Source: Takakia lepidozioides (Eukaryota; Plantae; Bryophyta). Taken from it: 64,000 nucleotides of DNA. Position 1 is the stretch's first letter, and each line of letters opens with the position of its first letter. The notes under the pieces are model-generated. The model saw only the letters and a program-made list of their open reading frames with translations, was not told the origin of the DNA and made no database searches. Shown here in pieces: positions 49,662 through 64,000 of this stretch. A program made the position numbers and the translations under genes. The DNA lies in NCBI GenBank assembly GCA_030704615.1, contig CM060731.1, positions 14,880,001 through 14,944,000 on the forward strand, written 5' to 3'.

Positions 49662-52600
49662 ATGGAGAAGACGTGCACTTTGCTGGTGCATTTTGACAAA
49701 GGGACGCCGGCCCTGGCTAATGAGATCAAGGAGCAGCTGGAAGGGAATGACGCCGGAAGGAAAGTGGACGCGATGAAGAAGGCGGTCATGCTGTTGCTGA
49801 ATGGAGAGACATTGCCTGCGTTGTTCATCACCATCGTGCGGTACGTGCTCCCCTCAGAGGATCACACCATACAGAAGCTTCTGCTGTTGTACCTGGAGAT
49901 CATTGAGAAGACTGATTCGCGCGGAAAGATTCTTCCAGAGATGATTCTCATCTGCCAGAACCTAAGGAACAATTTGCAGCACCCTAATGAGTACATAAGA
50001 GGTGTGACCTTGCGCTTTCTGGCAAGATTGAATGAGGCGGAGCTGATAGAGCCTTTGATCCCATCGATTTTGTCTAACTTGGAGCATCGCCACGCTTTTG
50101 TTAGAAGGAATGCCATTCTAGCCATAACCGCGATCTACAAGCTTCCGCAGGGGGAGCATTTGTTGAGCGACGCCCCGGAGATGATAGAGAAAATCTTGGG
50201 CACAGAGCAGGATTTATCAGCTCGGAGGAACGCCTTCTTGATGCTTTACAATTGTGCACAAGACAGAGCGGTGAACTACTTGTTGAGTCATTTAGAGAGT
50301 GTTTCGGGGTGGGGGGATATTCTGCAAATGGTGGTGTTGGAGCTCATCCGGAAAGTGTGCAGGTCAAATCCTGGGGAAAAGGGAAAATACATAAAGATCA
50401 TACTCTCTCTTCTTAGCTCTCCTTCCACAGCAGTCATGTATGAGTGTGCTGGTACTCTCGTTTCTCTTTCCTCTGCTCCCACAGCCATCAGAGCAGCTGC
50501 AAATTGCTACTGCCAGCTGCTTCTCTCGCAGAGCGACAACAATGTGAAGCTCATTATACTAGATCGACTGCAGGAGCTTAAGGCCTCTCACAGAGAAGTG
50601 ATGGTAGAGATGATAATGGATGTATTAAGGGCACTTTCGAGTCCAAACCTTGATATTAGGCGGAAGACCCTGGACATTGCATTGGATCTCATCACCCAGA
50701 GAAACATTGACGAGGTGGTGATGACCCTGAAGAAAGAGGTAGTTAAGACACAGAGCAAGGAGCTTGAGAAAAATGGTGAGTATCGGCAAATGCTGGTGCA
50801 GGCAATCCATTCATGTGCTTTGAAATTCCCTGAAGTAGCAAGCACAGTGGTACACCTCTTGATGGACTTCCTTGGGGATTCTAATGTAGCATCTGCAATT
50901 GATGTAGTATTCTTTGTAAGAGAGATCATTGAGACCAATCCCCGCTTGCGAGAATCCATCATGATCAGGCTGCTGGATACATTCTACCAGATCCGGTCAT
51001 CGAGAGTGTGCCCGTGTGCTCTTTGGATTATAGGGGAGTACTCCCTTTCTCTGGCTGAGGTTGAGGGTGCGATTGCTGTGCTCAAGCAATCACTCGGAGA
51101 ACTTCCTTTCTTTACAGTTGCCGAAGATGGCGATGTGCTTGACTCAGCTGCCAGCAAGGGATCTGGCAGAGGTCCTGCACCTCCAAGTATCTCCGCAGCA
51201 TCGTCCAAGCGGCCTGCAGTTCTTGCAGATGGAACATATGCGACACAGACTGCTGTCGCTGAGATTGCAATATCCAACCCCTCATTGACAATGATTGCAG
51301 CTGGGGCAACAGCCAATCTGAGAACTATTCTGATGACAGGGGACTTTTTCTTGGGATCTGTGGTGGCAACCACGCTCACAAAGCTCATCTTGCGGTTGGA
51401 GGAGGTACAGTCTTCAAAAGTGGCAGTGAACAAGGCAGCAGCGGAGGTCATGTTGATCATGGTTTCAATTCTCAGATTGGGCCAGTCATCAGCAATCCCT
51501 CACCCCATAGACGACGATGCTTATGATCGCATCACTATCTGCATTAGGGTTCTTTCAAGCCCTGATGATGTGATGAGGACGGTGTGGCTCAAATACTGCC
51601 GTGAGAGTTTTGTCAAGATGATTACAGAGAAACTGCACCAGGAGATAGAGGAGACAAAGGCAAAGGCACAGGTGTCCCATGCACAGCCTGATGATCTTAT
51701 TGACTTCTACCATTTGAAAAGCCGAAAGGTAAGCAGACAGGGTGGATTGAGTAGTACAGCTATCTCTGTATTTTTAGTCCTTCTAGATGCTGAAAAAACA
51801 GATTTTCATAGTAGTTTGTGGACGGAGGTTCTGCTGCTTTGGTTGTGAAGCATTTAGAGGTATACAGCAAGATGTCCACACTTACCACCTTGAGGGGGGT
51901 TGGCAGGGCATGAGCCAGCTGGAGCTGGAAGATGAGGTTCAGAGTGATCTTCAGCGGGCCACAGGGGTGTTCAGTAAGGACAGTAACAGCACCAGAAAGC
52001 TGAACAGAGTTTTGCAGCTAACAGGGTTTAGTGACCCTGTCTATGCAGAGGCATATGTGACGGTCCATCAATATGATATAGTCTTGGACGTCACAGTGGT
52101 TAATCGTACCACAGAAACACTTCAGAACCTGTGCTTGGAGCTTGCCACTATGGGGGATCTGAAGCTGGTTGAGCGCCCGCAGAACTATGCACTTGCACCA
52201 GCGACGAGCAAGCAGATAAGGGCAAACATCAAGGTTTCTTCCACAGAGACTGGTGTAATTTTTGGTAACATTGTGTATGAGACAACCAGTGTGTTGGACC
52301 GCAATGTGGTTGTGCTGAATGACATCCACATTGACATCATGGACTACATCTCCCCTGCTTACTGCCCTGATACTTCTTTCCGGAATATGTGGGCTGAATT
52401 TGAGTGGGAGAACAAGGTACGACCCTGTTAGTTTCTCATCCAACTCTGCTTGCTCAACTAATTTGCCCGTAGTACAGGGCTCTATAGCCAGAACGTCTTA
52501 TGAGTACATTCTGCCGCAATATGCCCAGTGGAACCAAATAAACCATCTGGAGGTGTCCTTACTACAGCAGCTTTCAATTTTCTTGATATTACCTTTCAGG

Positions 52601-53102
52601 AAGTAGGGGTTGGCTTGCTTTATTATGGTTGTTAAAGGGCTGCCTGTGTCTGTGGCCTATAACCCATGTTGTCGGGTGGGAGGCCAGGTGGCTGTCAACA
52701 CGTCAATTCAAGGTGCGCTTGAGTTTTTGAATCATGTAGTCTCTTCAACAAACATGAAGTGTCTGACCCCTCCGTAAGTTACTTGACCCTTTCTCTGTTT
52801 CCTGTCTGCACCTCCTTCTGGTTGTTCCTGAATGTTCTCAGAGTGTGCAGTCCTCACTTATAATGGGACCCCTCACGCTATGGTGTATGCATAATGTGTC
52901 CAGATCTGCCTTGGAAGGGGACTGTGGGTTCTTGGCTGCTAATCTATATGCCAAGAGTGTGTTTGGAGAGGACGCTTTGGTCAATGTAAGCGTGGAGAAG
53001 CAACCTGACGGCAAACTGAGTGGGTACATCCGAATCAGGAGTAAGACACAGGGCATTGCTCTAAGTCTGGGAGACAAAATAACCCTTAAACAAAAAGGTT
53101 AG
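49662..53102 (+). CDS. COPB1: Coatomer subunit beta (beta-COP), copy 2 (tandem duplicate)
   Basis: Same motifs and intron positions as copy 1. Exons 49662-51728, 51907-52416, 52688-52773, 52904-53102. Confidence 0.97.
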
Positions 53103-54199
53103 AATATAGTTTCTGTTCCAATAGGTAGTTAGCAGTCCTGTCATTCTTAGACATAAGCTCACAACCTCGCAATTTTTTTGTCCTTAATCTTCTCCATCCG
53201 TCTGGCCTGTGGGAATTGGACTACTGTTAGATGATGTGCGCTGATTTGGCAAGATGCAGTGTTATTTTTGCACAGCAGTCTCATGTGTAGTGCATGGATT
53301 GCTCGGCTTGTTTCAAATCATAGAGTCAGGTCTCCTTTCCACGATAAAAAAGTGGCAGAATTATTTCGCAAACGCTTTTAGGTAATATCTTTGTAGCCAA
53401 ACACTTGTCCTATATAGCTGTCTGAGCAAGCAGATTAAATCAAAGAGGTTCTGAGTCTTGGGAGGACAGGATCTCACATTCGAGGAGGTAAAGCTTAGTT
53501 TGATGACACATAGTTGTGAATTTGCATGTCAATGTCACTTTTATCATAGTTCATAGTGGGGTACAGATTTGACACTACAAGACACATAGCCTTGATTGCT
53601 GGTTCTATCATGCCATCAATCTTTGAATAAACCATAATCTTGAATGACAAGCAACTATTGTCACCGCATGCAAGTAGGTTGGCTCTCATTAGCAAGGCTG
53701 GTGTTTCATTTATGGCTGAGGATTAGTTGTCTGTGTTCCAGTCAGATGTTATGTACCAAGTTAGTACCTACGACTGACAAGGCAGGGACTGTTGCTCACA
53801 AGTCTACAGAGCAAATGCCGCACCATGGCCAGTCTCGGGTACGGAATGTGATTTTCGCTTCGGGCGGATGAAGGGGTGCATTCTGCAAAAGCATTTAGAT
53901 TTTGACTGATCCAGCACGTTCCTAGTTGTCCTAACAGCTTGAATCTCTTATGCATATCAAATGTATAGAAATGTTCTATGGAGAAACATTATGCTTGAAG
54001 CCTGCAGTTTCTGAGGCACGAGTGTTTTATTGAGACGTCAGAATTGTTCCAGTGGAATATTCTTGTAAATTGCATGATAGTATTCCATTGATAATGTTAT
54101 TATCAGCCTGCTGATTCGCTCAAAAGTATTCTAGGCATATCCTGAGGATATTTCTTGTAATCATAAGGACTAGTATATACATTGAACGGACCTCCCTAC

Positions 54200-54700
54200 A
54201 AAAAGTGAACGAGGAGCATGATGAAGAACTGAAAAGATCATTGGCCCACTCTTGAGTGATCTAGGAAGTGGATGACTCGATTCATATGAAGGATTGTACA
54301 GATGGAGGAATGATGATCTATCACACAAGCCAAGTGAGATATGGTGCTCAGATTCGCTGATATGCGTGGGGCCCTACATGTCACAACCATTGTTTTGGTT
54401 TTGTAAGATACAGATTGAGATGAAGGTGGTGGATCCAGAGCCCCTCTCCCTTATACGAAGAGATCAGCACCAAGTAGCCTTCATTGACCTCAGCAATGGA
54501 GTAAAAGCTTGGTGGCGTAAACCAACAAGGTACACTTTCTGCACATGGGCGGCCTGTGCGAATTGACCATTTGCAATACTGTATTTTAGAACGATGGGGA
54601 CTCCAGCAAAAATTGGAAGAAAGGACTTTAGGGTCTTATTTGGAACATGTTTGGGTGGTTGCACTTGTGCGGTAGTTAGGTCTTAATTAGGTGGGTGTTT
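54200..54700 (+). mobile_element. Possible degraded L1-type ORF2 C-terminal (zf-RVT-like) remnant
   Basis: QPLFWFCK-like motif and W-rich fragments with stops; weak. Confidence 0.25.
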
Positions 54701-54764
54701 TGGTTCCGAGCCCTCGGAGCAGAGGATATATGCGCTCCGGGTAGGTCTAACATTGCAGGACTAC

Positions 54765-55092
54765 GTCTGGTATGTCTACTTGACTCTTAGTTGCATTGGA
54801 GTTCTCTCTAGTATGGTATGCCTACTTTGACTCTTAGCTGCGTTGGCTTTGGCTGGAGTCTCTGTAGTATGGTATGTCTTCTACTACTCTTAGTTGCATT
54901 GGCTTTGGCCCTAGTTCTCTCTAGTATGTAATGTCTACGACGACTCTTAGTTGCATTGGAGTTCTCTCTAGTACGGTATGCCTACTTTGACTCTTAGCTG
55001 CGTTGGCTTTGGCCGGAGTTCTCTCTAGTATGGTATGTCTAACTACGACTCTTAGTTGCGCTGGCTTTGGCCGGAGTTCTCTCTAGTATGAC
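54765..55092. repeat. Minisatellite, ~6 units of ~47-58 bp
   Basis: GACTCTTAG(T/C)TGC(A/G)TTGG...GAGTTCTCTCTAGTATGGTATG repeated. Confidence 0.9.
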
Positions 55093-55259
55093 TTCCACCA
55101 TCTTTTATATATACAAAAGGATATAGCGTCGTGGATGCAGTTGCGCCTTTTTGGATTTAAAATATTGTGACTCACATTTTAGATGACAAACATGACTCTC
55201 CTGATGGATGAAACAATGTTTACTTGCACTAACTTCCAAAGTAGTACCGTCCAACAAGC

Positions 55260-55615
55260 TAGTCTCTGGCTACTATATAATTGTGGTCCCGGTGGATGAA
55301 AAAGAGCACCCTCAAAATCTAAGCCTTCACTTTTCCGGCGAGGTTTTTTTCCTAACTTTGCCATTTCAGGGCCTCTGTCTCCTGTTTAAAAAATATATAA
55401 AACGTAAGAAATTCCACGACTCTAGTATCTGGCTACTATTAAAAAAAACAATTGTGGTCCCGGTGGATGAAAAAGAGCACAAGTGATGTCTACACCAACC
55501 TCACCCTCAAAATCTAGCCTTCAGAGTTCCGGCAAGGTAAGTTGTTTTTTTACTAACTTTGCCATTTCAGGGCCTCTGTCTCCTGTTTAAAAAAATTAAA
55601 AAACGAAATAAATTC
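55260..55615. repeat. Tandem duplication of ~160-190 bp
   Basis: CTGGCTACTAT...AATTGTGGTCCCGGTGGATGAAAAAGAGCAC...CTAACTTTGCCATTTCAGGGCCTCTGTCTCCTGTTTAAAAAA occurs twice. Confidence 0.9.
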
Positions 55616-56535
55616 TACACCAGTCGTACATCGGTGCACTGTATATACACTATACCCATCTTTATACGTAGACTCAAAATGGCGTTACCCCAACTCCGCC
55701 CCGGGCGATTGATGTAGGGCTCCGACCGACGATGGATCCGCAACACATTTGACATAATCCGCATCGTCGTCGGTAGTCCGATACAGACCTTATCCGAACT
55801 GGAGGTAATCCCAATCCAACCCAATCCCCAATTTAGATATACAATTTCCCAGAAAAGGAAGGCAACATGTTGTTTTCACGACGACTGAACAAGTTTGGGC
55901 GTGGGGTGGTGGACAGACAGTGCAAGACGAGAGCGAGATTAGAGTTATCCAAAGGGAGGGAGGAAGCGAGGGAGAAAAGAGACGGATGGGGACAGCCGAG
56001 GTTATCCCGAGCCTACAAGGGCCAAGCGAGGGGCTGAGAGAGTAATGGCGAAACACGGCGCGAGCGGAGTGTCAGAGGGATTATTTGAAGGCCCCTGAGT
56101 TTCGCCAGCCTGGCGATAGCAGCTGTAGCTGCAAAAGGCAAGCGGCCCTGAAACGGCTGAGTGGCAGGCAGGCAGCACCGCGGATCGGTCGGGGCGAGCA
56201 GAATGCTGGCAATCGGGGATGGCGTGGGGGGCAGGGGGAGAAGACAGTGATGCAGCACAAGGAGGTGTGAGAGAATCTGAAGAGGAGTCTGCGGGGGGTG
56301 AATGTGTTTGTTTTGGAGGGCTGGGAAGGGGGGATTTAAATTGGTGTGTTTTTAAGGGGAGGGGATGATGTGTGGAAGGTTGGAGAGCTGGGAGGTTGAG
56401 GATTTGTGAGGGGGAATTGTGGTTGAGGATGGGGACGAGGGGTTGTGGGAGGAGAGGGGGTCGATAGAGTGAGGAATTTGGGGGAGCAGGCTGGGCGGGA
56501 GGGATTTCTTGGCAGCGAACCCCAGAGAGGGGGTC

Positions 56536-62541
<6,006 letters not shown>

Positions 62542-63777
62542 CAATGATGAAAATATGTACCCTTGTTTCCATGCTAGTTTGGAGTTTGGTCCCTGAAAAA
62601 GTGATCAAAGTTGTTGCGTTCCTCAAACATCTGTGAGTTGCTGCAAGTGGGGGGGGCTCTGGTGGGGTCTGGTTTCATGTCGTCCGGACATCCGCAGGGT
62701 ATGGTGGATGCGAGTGGCGAGTGCTGTCTTGTCTCCCAGTGATCCTCAGCATGGACTGTTCCTCAAACAGGTTTTGAGAAACAGGGATGTGAATATTGGT
62801 TGGTTTTAGTACTGGTAATGATAGGATGATGAGCATCGCCAACAGCAATCATTTACAGTCGTTTTATGCTTCCCAGAAGTACCCCAGTTTAATGCTCTTG
62901 CTGTGGCGTGCTTCCAATTCTCTGCTGATTCAATGCGAGACTTAAGTCATACCATAAGCATAGTAGAGGCCACGGCTGGAGATGAGGTGAGGTTAGTTAT
63001 TATGAAGTTTTTCAGCTCTGGGCCGGTTAACACAAGCAGCCTCTTTATGGTGCTTGCCCCCCTTGACCAACCCCTTGAGTTGTTATACATTTTCTTCTTT
63101 TTGGTATGCTTCACATCTCTAATTGAGCTTATAGCAAACAGTAGAGAAAATACTCCAAAAAAAATAGAGCTCAAGGGGAGAACTCTTTGAGAGATTAGTT
63201 CTCTTTGGATTACTTTGTAGTCATGTAAAGAATGGTGTGCACTCTTATACATATTGTACAGTTCAATTAAATTAAACAACTCATGTAACACCTCTAATGA
63301 ATATTTCATATACTAAACATGATCTTCAAACAAGTGGGTAAGCTGCATTGCCAGTAGCATTTCTTGATGAGTTACTGCCCAGCCACGAGATCATGGTTGT
63401 TCTTACATTATTATTATTTGTGTTTATGTATTTCCAAATATACAATGTACTTGCAATAAAGATTTTCAGCTACTGTGGGGAACATGGACTCCTTTCAAGA
63501 GTAGTATGAGATAGTCCCACAGAGTGAGTGGTTGCAAATTAGAGCCCTGTTCAGGAAAAATACAACTTGAGAGCCTTCACCCTCATTATGTGGTGCCTTT
63601 GCAGATGTTTACCATCATTCTTCATGTGCCACTTTTTTATCTTAAACAGGTGAACGCCCTTGCTCCAGCTCTTTACCGAGCGTAAAAAATAATTTTAAAT
63701 TTTTTGTCACTCCTCTTCATCTTTTCGCGCTCCTCTGTGCAGTAAACAGTGTGGTAGAATTGTTGCTGAGTGGACTA

Positions 63778-63863
63778 GTGTTCCGGTAAGCAACTCTCCG
63801 GGCTGGCGTGGGTGTTCCGCTGTGTAATGCACCGCACCAGCCTGGAGAGTTGCTTACGGGCAC
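63778..63863 (+). other. ~86-nt imperfect fold-back hairpin (candidate pre-miRNA or foldback MITE)
   Basis: GTAAGCAACTCTCCGGGCTGG pairs with CCAGCCTGGAGAGTTGCTTAC, with G:U-compatible mismatches on the plus strand. Confidence 0.45.
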
Positions 63864-64000
63864 CCGGCCTGCTTTCGCGTTAGATTATGCCTTGTAAGGC
63901 CATGCAAAATACACTACAAAAATTTGAAGCGTTTCTTTACGTGTCATGCCCGCCTTCCCACGAGCCCCTGGCGGAAAGTTTTTAATTGAAACTTGGGCTA

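Overview
Eukaryotic nuclear DNA, most likely from a non-seed land plant (GT-AG introns, PLS-type PPR repeats, OSB-type PDF motifs, membrane-anchored hexokinase). The first ~8.8 kb is the unusual part and looks like the right end of a large mobile element. It holds ~35 tandem 116-bp units, each carrying a 40-bp palindrome (18-bp arms, GCAA loop). Directly after the array is a 9-exon, ~1051-codon gene that fuses an N-terminal ParB/Srx-like domain (WDGNHRLLA) to a C-terminal beta-class N4C/N6A DNA-methyltransferase-like domain; this copy has one in-frame TGA. A GC-rich, repeat-structured terminus follows at ~8760, then an AT-rich region with a second, degenerate family of similar hairpins. The rest is ordinary plant gene space: a PDF+PPR pseudogene, RAD4/XPC (minus) head-to-head with PDCD2 (plus), Copia, LINE and MITE debris, a kinase fragment, two orphan ORFs, a small conserved plant gene, two tandem beta-COP genes and a hexokinase. 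All domain calls come from motif recognition by eye; no searches were run.
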